The position numbers were made by a program, and so were the translations under genes. A DNA stretch of 64,000 nucleotides from Asterias rubens (taxonomy: Eukaryota), in the NCBI RefSeq assembly GCF_902459465.1, contig NC_047067.1, positions 8,680,001 through 8,744,000 on the forward strand, written 5' to 3'. The notes beneath the pieces are model-generated. The model worked only from the letters and a program-made list of their open reading frames with translations, searched no databases and was not told the DNA's origin. This document shows, in pieces, positions 1 through 12,114 of the stretch (within the stretch, counting starts at the first letter, position 1; each line of letters begins with the position of its first letter).

Positions 1-3000
1 GTTTTTACAATTTTTGAAGCCAATATCATGAATGAGTTTGGGTTCTTATGGTGACGCCACAGTTACAGGTTAAAGTCATGAAGCTGTTCTACGTGTAAGG
101 GCAATAAACTTGCTTAGTTAAATGAAGTCTTGCTAAGCAGCAATGGGTTACCAGCCAAAAGTCATGTAACATGCATGCTAGTGACTGGTTTTCTGATAAC
201 TAATGTTTAATGATGATAGAGTAAGGTAGCTTCTAGCAGGCATGATATTCTTCCTCCTATCTGAAAACTCAGTTAAAGCATTGCACATGTGTACAAGGTC
301 GGCTTTTGTACCAAACAAAAATTCACCAAATTATCATGCCTGAGAAAAAGGAGCGGTAAAACTTATGTCAATGCAACTTTTCAAGGAGCTGCCTCTGGAG
401 TTGAAGGCATGCTCTGCCAGTCATGCAGAGTTCATTTAAGGGTATTGGAACAGTGTCTGCTTTCACAAAGGAACAATTACAAAAATTGAAAATTGTCAGG
501 TGCAGAAGAGCTTGTAAAGCCTGTACTGAACAACACCAGACTAGACTCTCTGTGAACTATATTACAGAATGTTATGTAGATACAAAATATTTAAAAGAAA
601 CCTTGTGAGTTTGTTTTATTGTAGGAAACTGTATATGTGTTGAAATATATTATATTTTTGTGTACCTGTGCTCGAGTTTTTAGTTTGATATTTAAGAATA
701 GTTTACATAGGGTAGCTGTCTGAAGATTAGTGCAGTACTTTTCCCATGCGTGTAATTTACCCGTACAGATCGGTATGAGAACTGAACTCTGGGCGACGTG
801 TTTCAGAGTTTGAGTAAAGCAGGATGTGATTTTTTTTAAACCCCCAAATATTTCCAGTTCATTGTAACGTTGTAAAAAAAAAGAATTATAGACTCAGCGG
901 GCACAACAGCATGGTGCTGTTTAGTTTTGATGTATACGAGAAGGTTTATGCCCTTATGTACATCATTATCCCCTTAAAAAAAAGGGCCAGCACATCTACA
1001 TGTATTTAAAACTGGAGATTGCAAAATGGAGGTTGCCAAGTGTTTTCTGTAGGTGTTCAATGGAAAGTCACTGTAGGTTATTTCATAACTAAGAGCAGAC
1101 TGGGAAAACGGGTTATTTTCTGCAAGTCCTCAAATGAGCTTGGTGTTTTTGAGATCACCCAAATGTAATGTAAAGCACATTCATACAATTTAATTCGGTG
1201 AAATTGAAACCAAATTCTGTTGAAATTAGAAAAAAAGCTTTTTATTATCGCTATTGGAGTCTATGAAAAGGGAAGGGGGGCTTGGGGGATAGGGGGGGAC
1301 ATTACAAAGTTTATGTTATTTCAGTACATTCGTGTAATCGAGAAGAAGTACTAGGAAGTTTCAGCAGTGGCGTACCATGCCAAAATAAAAATAAGAATAT
1401 TCTGTGTAGAACTGCTGTAAATTTGAAAAACTCCACCGTTACCAGTGTGCTGGAGTTTTTTTTTTGTTTTTTTTTGACAGGGGAGCTGTTGAGATTTATA
1501 CCTATTTTGTCAACGGCTTTCTGTCATGAAATAGTTTCGGAAAGTGCTGCTGATTTTTCTTCTTTCTTATGAATTTCTTATTTTGTCAAAAAGGGGAGAA
1601 AGTGATCATATAATGTTTTTCTTCTTCTCATTAATAAAAAGTAGTTAAATTGGTTGTGTCATTTTTTTTTTGTCAAACGGCTGGACGATATTGGGAAGGG
1701 ACTTCGGTGGAAACATGCGAGGCAAACAAAAGGACCAACAAAATAAATAAAATGTTTAAATTGTATGATTTTAAAATGTGATTTTAAAATGAAAACATTT
1801 ATGGTCACACACACGCTCCTAAATTAGCAACATATCTTTTCCAGAGAAGATCAATTGTGTCAAAAATAATGAATTTCTTTGGAATTTGAAATGCTCTTTT
1901 CTGCTGGAATTAGTATACAAAATGTAGGAGAAAACAACATACAAACAATGAATTAGGCGTTGTTGTACCTTTGTTTTGGACTGGCTCAGTGGGACTGGGC
2001 AAGTTTAAAAATATGGACTCCTTTCACAAAATGAGCGTCTTCAATCAAGACAAGCTATTGTGAGGATGATGTACCCCCCTGAAATCCGATTGAATAAGCT
2101 GTGAGGTTCCCAGACCGCATAGCCTGCACAGTGGCAAGGGAACACAAAACGGAATAAATTTGCATCGTAAATGAGCTCAGCTTTGTAGACTTATAAATTT
2201 CATGGTGTTCCAACTACAGTGAAAAGACAAAGTTTTTACAGCTACCAACTAATAATAACGCTTTGTTAGTCCACGGAGATACCCGCAATGGTTAAGCAGT
2301 GGGTATACTTTTCTTCCTCCATGGTTGGGCACAGCACTTGGTTGTGTTTAATCGTGACCCGGATTTGGTCCATTGCCTTACTAGAGTCTGTGCATGCACC
2401 TTTCTTTGTTACATTTATGGTACGTTTGTCATGGATCTTTCAGTTAAAAACAACTATTAAAGAACTTACTCAGGCCTGAATGCTTGGTTTTTGAAAGGAC
2501 AAGTGCACCAAGCCATTTTTTCCCGGGTTAAGGAAGAAATTGTAAATTTTCTACTGGGGGGGGGGGGGGGGGGCATGGAGGCAATCCCCTTCGTTGCCTT
2601 CGTGAAGAATCAGGCCTGTTTTGTCACCGATCTTTCAGTTAAAAACAACTACTAAATAACTTACTACTGGGTCAGCTTTGCATTTATCGAGTTTGGCAAG
2701 CTCCATCTCTCCATACATTCCAAGGCAAATTTGATTCTGAAATGTTTTGTTAAACCGATTCATTTCTCTGTGGTTAAACTTACCAATGGTCGTCATTGTC
2801 GTCGTGTTATGAGGTAAAGACAACGTTAAAGTTTGTGGTTTGTGCAATGTTTAAAATTATCAGGCAATTGTTCTAGATGGGGGTATCAGATCACATCCTA
2901 AAAGTAAATGCTGCTGGGATCAAAATGAGTAGGCGGTTAAATGTAGATTAAGAAACTTGAGTAGATTTGTGACCTGATTATAATGAATTGCCTTCGAAGG

Positions 3001-3318
3001 GTGTATTGGCATGTAAAGGACAATACTAATATGTAGAAAGAATTCTTTAATAATAAGTGGGATGTTTTTTAAAAGTGAATGCTACTTTATTACGTTGATT
3101 ATAATGACCCCATCCTCCCCCTCCTAAACACAGCTGCCCTACTGCTTAACACCCGGTTATCCTACTGCTAAATACCCGGTTCAGACACGCACTCAAGAGT
3201 TGCATCGAACCAAATGGAAAGGAGCAACTCCTGTGACCCAAAATAAATTCGTTTCAGACAGGCGAACGCATAGTGCTAAGTATTTATGCATCTGTTTGGC
3301 GAAAGTCTGGTTACATTT

Positions 3319-3369
3319 AGCCTTCGAGAAAGACTATGCTAGGGTCGAAACGTCAGGCCATTAACTATT
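3319..3369 (+). mobile_element. Short Penelope-like terminal-repeat fragment
   Basis: GAGAAAGACTATGCTAGGGTCGAAACGTCAGGCCATTAACTATT. A reverse-complement copy lies at 28406-28456, with partial copies near 42770 and 51665. The family assignment is from motif memory. Confidence 0.4.
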
Positions 3370-6300
3370 TTTCCATTCAGTAACCATACAAGAGTTAACG
3401 CTTTCTATTCACTGATGTTTTGTCGGAGTTTGGGGCTCTTCATGGCGCAATGGCTGACCTTGTAAAGGGGGATGGCACTTTTCAAAAAAGTTGCTCAACC
3501 ATGTTCTTAGTAAGGGATTTGAGACACTGCATGGTGAGGTATCAATGTACAGTGTATACAGTGTAATTGGTTTGCAACAACACCGTGTGTGTAGCTACTT
3601 GCCAGGTAGATTTTGTTCTTTAGGGAACTGTTTTGCTTTGTGTATCTACTTGCCATGTAGATTTTGTTCTTCTGAGAAGTCTTCTTTGCATTAAGCAAGA
3701 CAGTTTATTTTAAGAACAAAATCTTCTTGGCAGGTAGATATATATACACCGGGTTATTGCAAACTAAATACACGTTTTAAATGTCATCGAAAAACATGCC
3801 TAAAATTACATCAGGTTTAGTAACAGAAGTTTTTTTTGTATGTATTATGTAGATTTCAATGTGGGGAGCCATGTTATGCAAAAAGGCATCCATGCTCTAT
3901 TATCGAAACAGAGAAGAAGAATGATTCTAAATATAATATTAAGCAACATTTCTTCTAATTACCATACTATGGCTCCCCACATTGCATATAATTTGCATAT
4001 AATTTGCATTTGGTTCGGCTCATGACAAGATCGACGTCTGCAACCAAGTCGCTCCAGAGTCTTTCGAATTCTCGCTCCTAATGTTTCAGACGTCGAACAT
4101 GTCCTTTTAATTCAGTAATTTGGTTCGGCGGGACTCTGAAGTGCCTGTCAGAACCGGGTGTAACTTAAGAATAACTTTAAGATTATTATACTACTTGTCT
4201 TTTTGGATCGTAAATTGCTCTCTTGGCTTATCAACAAACCCACGAGACTGAGCAAAAATATGAAAGATTGGTTGAACAGAACCAGTATTTAAACTCGATT
4301 TCGGGTAATCAAAGTGGTTCATGACAACAAATGATTTTTTAGAATATTTTCAAAAGTGATAGATGACATTTTTACCCAGATATTCCACTTTATGTTTAGT
4401 ACAAAAAAGGGTTAACTAAACCTGAATATTGTTTGATTTTATTTTTGTGTAATTTTTAAGTCTATAACCATTCAATGTACTGTCGATCACGAGAGAAATA
4501 CCATTATTAACTTATTAATATTGCAGATATTTATTAGTAGCCACAGTATCCCCTTACTGGTGTTTATGTGTATTGTACATATAGTTGGTGCCATGTTGAA
4601 TATTAATTACTTAAAAAAAAAAAAGACGTACTAATTATTTAATAGATGCTTTATGAAAGCAATGATTGCAGTACATTAATCCACAGCTGATGTTCACATA
4701 AGTGGTCGATGATGCGCTTGTCACTCCACTAGTTTTCGAATAGCCCTTTGTTATCATCGGATTTGAGACCAGAACGATTTGGAGAACAATTTTGTGAAAG
4801 TGGTTGAAGTATTTTCTTCTGTTTTTCCCATTTAATTAGTTTCACATGAACGGCAGTTGTGGAATCTCGATTTCTTTTGAGAGTTTAAGCCGCAGTTTTC
4901 CTTTTCATTGAATGATTTCAAAGTGTTAAGAGTGAATATCAGCTGTGTGTTGAACTGAATACTCCGTGGTTAACTCTAGGTTAAGATAACATAATACTAA
5001 TTGTGCTCAAATTTATGGCAAACCTGCTAGTTCACAACGTCAAACTATATTGGCCACTGTGGTAAGTTATATTACCTAAAGCCATATTGTTTGGTGATGT
5101 CACCTACGATCCTGTGAGTTCTAGCTATTTTTCCTATATTTGACTAACCATAATGTCTGCCAATCTAGAGTTATCCCTTTTTTCAACTGAAATAACCTCT
5201 ATGGTTCCTTCAAATTTACCCCTGGAGTATTCAAACATCTGACTGTATTTGTTGTATTCTATTAGTATTAGCGGCTGATTGTTTATTATATCGTGATAAC
5301 TTGAGTGCTATGTGTATTATAAATATAATATGAATAATAGTTACAAATATACATGTTTGTATGCATTTTAGTGATGCCATTGTTAACCAGAGATGTGTTC
5401 CAAATCACCACAGTGAATTCAAGATGGCCGCCGCCTGGCTGCCACGTGCTCATTCTTCAACTCTCAGAATGTGATATTTTAAAGGAGGTTTTAGAGATGT
5501 TGTTGTATACGTACATCAGAAGTGGAACGAAAAGCAATATTTAAATATTAGCGAAGTATGGGACACACAAACAAATACGGTACAAAGTTTTACCAAGTAA
5601 CTTCTAAATTCTCCTTTTCTGGATTAGCCATTAAAGGTATTTGAAAGGTAGCGCATGTTTACACTTTTTTTATATGGCGGTTAAAATTGTGTACTTTAAG
5701 GACCGTCAGGTGGCAGTAGCCTGACAAGGTAAAATTGTTGTTCTCTGCAGTAATGGCGTCGCTTAAAACTACGCGAACAATGAACAATTAACTGTCTGCT
5801 GCCACCTAGCGTTCAAAAGTCTTCCATCAACATCTGGGAGATTTAGGGCTTTCTTACCGTATTGGTTATTTTGTCAAAATTACAAACCAGGGTTCAATTT
5901 TCACAAGAACAACATGACATGTTGCTTATTGTTCTGTAGATGGAAGCGGCCACCAAACTTCGTGAAGGCTGTGACATTTCAGCTGAGAGAATTTTTTTCT
6001 TCTGTACTTTTATGTTAGCGGGTACGGATTAAATTGGACCACGGTGTCAATATACATGCACAGTACAAAGACAATGTAGTTAGGCCTGTGGTTTTAATTG
6101 CCGATCAGTTTGTATTTATGTTATTGCATGTTCATTCCCAGTAGATGTAAACTGTATGTATATAGCTGAAAATAAATATAAAAGATAAAGACAACCGATT
6201 CACGTCATTTACGGTAATATTTTGTTATGTAAGTATGGCTTTACAGTTGTGTCTTTCTCTCAATATGATAACCATAACGTGCAACATCAACATTTTCCGA

Positions 6301-6514
6301 GTCAGAATTCGAGTTGAAATTTTTACCACTTTCGGAGTCAGCCTTGGGGGGGGGGGGGCTCACACAATGCACGATGTAGCAAAGCTTTATTATTTATATT
6401 GAAAAGGGAAGTGAAATGTAGCTCGTTCAGCTCTATAATAAGTATTTTGGTGAACAGTGCATGGATATGCTATTTTTCTGCGAAAACTAGATTTTTCAAC
6501 AGAGGTTTTTATTT

Positions 6515-6848
6515 TATTAATTTTTTTAAATTGTTTTTATACGCATGTCGCCCAAAACAAGGCTAAAAGCCACGCTAGGTAAACGGGCTACAAGGAAGAA
6601 AACGAAGACATGCAGAGATTCAGTGGAGCTGAAGGTAGGAATTGATATTCCTCTTAAAAGATGGAAGATCATAGGATGAAGGGAAACATGCACCAGGCAA
6701 GGAGTTCCAAAGAGATGCAGTACGAGGGAAGAAGCTACTAAGGTAGCTCTTTTTTCTACATCTCGGCACAGCTACAGTATAAGGATGAGAACAAGCAGAA
6801 AGCCTGGTCTCGCTCTCTATCACTGCAGATAGCACTATACCAAAACGT
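6515..6848 (-). mobile_element. 5'-truncated non-LTR retrotransposon (CR1/L2/Jockey-group) 3' end fragment
   Basis: The minus-strand ORF encodes HPYTV..PRCR..SYLSSFFPRTASLWNSLP..CFPSSYDLPSFKRNIN, a typical LINE ORF2 C-terminus. A short 3' UTR and an A-rich tail follow. Confidence 0.8.
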
Positions 6849-6917
6849 GTGGGATTCAAACCCACGATCCTTGCAATTCTAGAGCAGTGTCTTACCAACT
6901 AGACTACCGAGGTTGCC
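6849..6917 (-). mobile_element. tRNA-derived SINE head
   Basis: Reverse complement GGTAGTCTAGTTGGTAAGACACTGCTCTAGAATTGCAAGGATCGTGGGTTTGAATCCCAC has A-box-like and B-box-like motifs. A second copy lies at about 20815-20915. Confidence 0.7.
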
Positions 6918-7257
6918 TGGTAGCTAGAGGAGCAGTTCGAATTCAATGTTTTGGCAGCGGGTACCGCAACGACCCATACACCGATGTTTGTTAGCGCCAA
7001 ACGATATTGTGCAACTTGCCCATCAGACGGACGAAGCGTGCAGTGTTCACTGGATTGTGAAGAATAACATCCAGTCACCAGGTGAGAGGAGATACTAATA
7101 CAAGAATACCTTATCCTTTCTCCACGGTTGAATGAAAGACAAGCTCAGCACCTACATGTACATACTATTCTCGTAAAGAACCCGGTATTCGTACATACAG
7201 GGGATTGTCTCCATGTAAACCTTGTGTGTGGTGTTGTCACACTGAATGGGTTTCAAA

Positions 7258-10200
7258 ATGACCGTTTCGAGATATTTTGTAGCTGTTTTGGTGGTTGTGT
7301 TCCTCGGCTTGACGTATGCTAATCCCATTGATGGAAATCGCGTCCTCAAACAGTTAGAATCTTTTAGGAAGGCTCAACAGGGACATTTCATCAAAGTTCC
7401 TTCATCTCAACAGAATGGTGAGTTTAACCCAAGTGTTGTAGACTCGAGAGGGGCCGGGTGTGGCCTGGGCCCGATTCCATAAAGCATGTACTATACGTAA
7501 GCACAAACTATGCACAGAAAGACCGTACTCATCAGTTGAAACAGGTTGACATGGTTTCAACCCGGGTCCCCCCTCATTTTTTGCATTTATAAATGCTAAC
7601 CCTGCAATTAATGACAGGGGTGGGGAATGGCAAATGCCTCCTCGTGTATCTAATAAGGGCACGTGCCATCTCCAGACTTTTCTTAGTTCCAAACTCTATG
7701 TTTACTTTGCGACTGATGCACTTTCTCCGCTGACCACTGCCTTTATACGGCCTCCATGGCTAGTTCGAGCTATGATGGTCACTTGATCGTACCCAATTCA
7801 CTATTGTTAAAGGAACTGGACACCTTTGGTAATTGTAAAAGACCAGTATTCTCACTCTGTGTTTCCTTGTATGCATAAAATAACAAACCTGTGAAAATGT
7901 TGACTCAGTATTGGTCATGCCATCGAAGTTGCAATAGAACAATATGGAAGAAAAACAAACCTGTTGCACAAATTTGTGTGCTTTTAGATGCATAATGAAA
8001 GGCTCAATTATTTTGGAGTGAGAAATTAGCTCTTTTTTTAAAAACTACGTTCAGTGGGAGCCGTTTTTCACAATGTTTTATACTCATCAACAGCTCGCCA
8101 TTGCTCGTTACCAAGTAAGTTTTTCAATGAACAGGTTCTATACAAAAACACGAATATGACCCCGTGCTTCACGAACACTGAGCTCACGTGTACGCTGTTA
8201 CGCACAAATAACAGTTTTATTGTCCAATCATTCGCCTCCTTTGACCCCAGTGACGGTGCTTTTTGACCCCAAATTGGCGAACTTTTTGACCCCAGTAAGG
8301 GCGCTTTTTAAGCGTGTGACATCACATGCAAGATGTATAGAGTGTGTTTTGGCGACCCCAACCAGAAACATTCGTCATCGGTTGAGTTGAGCGTTTTCGC
8401 GCGTTCGTTTAAGCGCGGTGACGATGCTGTTCAGACCAACCGGTAACCAACTTGGAGTGCGTTTTGGCGACCCCAACCAAAAACTGTTTCGGTTGTTGGT
8501 CGTTGGTTCTGCTGTTCAGACTGAACGATAACCGAGCTGTGAGCTCGGTTACCGTTTTGGTCGTCAAAACGCACTCCTGGTGAGTCGGTTGGGCTTTGGT
8601 TGGGGTCGCCTAAACGCACTCCTAGTATCTGGTGCATGCTGCCATCTTCAAGTCTCTCATAGGTGATAATCAACCATTGATCTTTTATATTCTTCAGTAC
8701 GATTTTGTTTTCTTTTTACAAAACAGGTGTGTTTTCTATGGTCCAAAGGAAGTCAGATGGTCTATTATCTGGGAATGAAATCACTGCCGAGACAAAGAAT
8801 ACTATGACAAAGGTCTTGCACGGCTCCCTTGTGAACAATATTATAAATAAGCTTCCCAGCGATGGGTCGTCGAATGTTCTTCACATGGGAGGCATCCCTG
8901 AAAGTAACGATGTGGAGCATCACTTTGGAATTGAAAAAGATCAGAATGAAAAGGATGATCTTGATGAATCAGGCCAAGTGATTGGATCTAAATCAGAGTC
9001 TGGTTCAGGATCTGGTTCCGGTTCTGGAAGTGGAGCCAGCATGGGATTGGACACCGACCTGGAGAGTGGATCTGGTTCCGGTACTGGAAGTGGAGACAAA
9101 ATGGGATTGGACCTCGACCTGGAGAGTGGATCTGGTTCCGGTTCTGGAAGTGGTGACAGAATGGGATTGGACATTGACATGGAGAAGGGATCTGGTTCCA
9201 GTTCTGGAAGTGGAGACAGAATGGGATTGGACCTCGACCTTGAGAGTGGATCTGGTTCCAGTTCTGGAAGTGGAGACAAAATGGGATTGGACCTCGACCT
9301 TGAGAGTGGATCTGGTTCCAGTTCTGGAAGTGGAGACAGAATGGGATTAGACATTGACATGGAAAGTGGATCTGGTTCCAGTTCCGGAAGTGGAGACAGA
9401 ATGGGATTAGACATTGACATGGAGAAGGGATCTGGAAGTGGCGACAGAATGGGATTGGACCTCGACCTGGAGAGTGGATCTGGTTCTGGCGTTGGAAGTG
9501 GCGACAGAATGGGATTGGACATTGACATGGAGAAGGGATCTGGTTCCAGTTCGCGAAGTGGTGACAGAATGGGATTGGACCTCGACCTTGAGAGTGGATC
9601 TGGTTCCAGTTCTGGAAGTGGAGACAGAATGGGATTGGACATCGACCTGGAGAAGGGATCTGGTTCCGGTTCTGGAAGTGGAGACAGAATGGGATTGGAC
9701 CTCGACCTTGACAGTGGATCTGGTTCCAGTTCTGGAAGTGGAAACAGAATGGGATTGGACCTCGACCTTGAGAGTGGATCTGGTTCCATTTCTGGAAGTG
9801 GAGACAGAATGGGATTAGACATTGACATGGAGAAGGGATCTGGAAGTGGCGACAGAATGGGATTGGACCTCGACCTTGAGAGTGGATCTGGTTCCAGTTC
9901 TGGAAGTGGAGACAGAATGGGATTAGACATTGACATGGAGAAGGGATCTGGAAGTGGCGACAGAATGGGATTGGACCTCGACCTGGAGAGTGGATCTGGT
10001 TCTGGCGTTGGAAGTGGCGACAGAATGGGATTGGACATTGACATGGAGAAGGGATCTGGTTCCGGTTCTGGAAGTGGTGACAGAATGGGATTGGACCTCG
10101 ACCTTGAGAGTGGATCTGGTTCCAGTTCTGGAAGTGGAGACAGAATGGGATTGGACATCGACCTGGAGAAGGGATCTGGTTCCGGTTCTGGAAGTGGAGA

Positions 10201-11977
10201 CAGAATGGGATTGGACCTCGACCTTGAGAGTGGATCTGGTTCCAGTTCTGGAAGTGGAAACAGAATGGGATTGTACCTCGACCTTGAGAGTGGATCTGGT
10301 TCCATTTCTGGAAGTGGAGACAGAATGGGATTATACATTGACATGGAGAAGGGATCTGGAAGTGGCGACAGAATGGGATTGGACCTCGACCTTGAGAGTG
10401 GATCTGGTTCCATTTCTGGAAGTGGAGACAGAATGGGATTAGACATTGACATGGAGAAGGGATCTGGAAGTGGCGACAGAATGGGATTGGACCTCGACCT
10501 TGAGAGTGGATCTGGTTCCAGTTCTGGAAGTGGAGACAGAATGGGATTAGACATTGACATGGAGAAGGGATCTGGAAGTGGCGACAGAATGGGATTGGAC
10601 CTCGACCTGGAGAGTGGATCTGGTTCTGGCGTTGGAAGTGGCGACAGAATGGGATTGGACATTGACATGGAGAAGGGATCTGGTTCCGGTTCTGGAAGTG
10701 GTGACAGAATGGGATTGGACCTCGACCTTGAGAGTGGATCTGGTTCCAGTTCTGGAAGTGGAGACAGAATGGGATTGGACCTCGACCTTGAGAGTGGATC
10801 TGGTTCCAGTTCTGGAAGTGGAGACAGAATGGGATTGGACATCGACCTGGAGAAGGGATCTGGTTCCGGTTCTGGAAGTGGAGACAGAATGGGATTGGAC
10901 CTCGACCTTGAGAGTGGATCTGGTTCCAGTTCTGGAAGTGGAAACAGAATGGGATTGGACCTCGACCTTGAGAGTGGATCTGGTTCCATTTCTGGAAGTG
11001 GAGACAGAATGGGATTAGACATTGACATGGAGAAGGGATCTGGAAGTGGCGACAGAATGGGATTGGACCTCGACCTTGAGAGTGGATCTGGTTCCAGTTC
11101 TGGAAGTGGAGACAGAATGGGATTAGACATTGACATGGAGAAGGGATCTGGAAGTGGCGACAGAATGGGATTGGACCTCGACCTGGAGAGTGGATCTGGT
11201 TCTGGCGTTGGAAGTGGCGACAGAATGGGATTGGACATTGACATGGAGAAGGGATCTGGTTCCGGTTCTGGAAGTGGTGACAGAATGGGATTGGACTTCG
11301 ACCTTGAGAGTGGATCTGGTTCCAGTTCTGGAAGTGGAGACAGAATGGGATTGGACCTCGACCTTGAGAGTGGATCTGGTTCCAGTTCTGGAAGTGGAAA
11401 CAGAATGGGATTGGACCTCGACCTTGAGAGTGGATCTGGTTCCAGTTCTGGAAGTGGAGACAGAATGGGATTAGACATTGACATGGAGAAGGGATCTGGA
11501 AGTGGCTACAGAATGGGATTGGACCTCGACCTTGAGAGTGGATCTGGTTCCAGTTCTGGAAGTGGAGACAGAATGGGATTGGACCTCGACCTTGAGAGTG
11601 GATCTGGTTTCGGTTCTGGAAGTGGTGACAGCATGGGATTGGACATTGACATGGAGAAGGGATCTGGTTCCGGTTCTGGAGGTGGCGACAAAATGGGATT
11701 GGACCTCGACCTTGAGAGTGGATCTGGTTCCAGTTCTGGAAGTGGAGACAGAATGGGATTGGACATTGACATGGAGATTGGATCTGGTTCCAGTTCTGGA
11801 AGTGGAGACAGAAATGGATTGGACATTGACATGGAGAAGGAATCTGGTTCCGGTTCTGGAAGTGGTGACAGAATGGGATTGGACATCGACCTTGAGAGTG
11901 GATCTGGTTCCGGTTCTGGAAGTGGCGACATAATGGAGAGTGGATCTGGCAGCGGCCGCGGAGTTGGCCAGGATTAA
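7258..11977 (+). CDS. Gene A: secreted Ser/Gly/Asp-rich tandem-repeat protein (serglycin-like/proteoglycan-core-like), join(7258..7417,8727..11977), 1136 aa
   Basis: caaaATG at 7258 opens a signal peptide MTVSRYFVAVLVVVFLGLTYA-NP. The GTGAGT donor at 7418 (phase 1) and the ttttacaaaacAG acceptor at 8725-8726 (phase 1) join it in frame to the 1090-aa ORF. The total of 3411 nt is a multiple of 3, and AATAAA follows the stop. Confidence 0.9.
7807..8125. mobile_element. Partial Kolobok-type MITE, K1-related (intron of gene A)
   Basis: Left TIR TTAAAGGAACTGGACACCTTTGG and the shared internal sequence. The right end is missing. Confidence 0.7.
8454..8625. mobile_element. Short MITE in the gene A intron
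   Basis: TIR GGAGTGCGTTT(T/A)GGCGACCCCAACC. An extra TIR copy lies at about 8340-8365. Confidence 0.65.
9041..11930 (+). repeat. Coding tandem repeat: about 50 units of 60 nt or 48 nt encoding MGLD(L/I)D(L/M)E(S/K)GSG[xxxG]SGDR
   Basis: Units counted from the translation. All length variation is in multiples of 3, so the frame is preserved. Confidence 0.97.
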
Positions 11978-12108
11978 ATGATAATACATGTAGCTTTTTT
12001 AGTGTGATTTAGGGGGTGCAATAGTATGCTGAATATTAGTTTACACGTCTTGGTTTTTATTGAGTTAGTTCTTATGCTAAAACACTCGATGATCCCATGG
12101 TTCTGAAG

Positions 12109-12114
12109 AATAAA
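12109..12114 (+). terminator. Putative polyadenylation signal of gene A
   Basis: AATAAA about 130 nt after the stop codon. Confidence 0.5.

Noticed and set aside
2556-2573. Poly-G tracts (also about 6345, 32840, 37200 and poly-C about 41035) as functional G-quadruplexes
   Set aside because: These are simple homopolymers, often in repeat remnants and error-prone in sequencing. There is no supporting context.
1-6500. Short ORFs (60-96 aa) in the first 6.5 kb
   Set aside because: No recognisable motifs or consistent exon chain. The region is AT-rich with MITE remnants.
7246-7257. Upstream in-frame ATG at 7246 as the gene A start
   Set aside because: ATG 7258 has the better invertebrate context (caaaATG) and gives a standard-length signal peptide. 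The upstream ATG cannot be fully excluded.
8941-11484. 847-aa minus-strand ORF and several +2-frame ORFs (MTWRRDLEVATEW...) overlapping gene A
   Set aside because: These are shadow frames of the stop-free coding repeat. They have no signal peptide, splice support or unique sequence.
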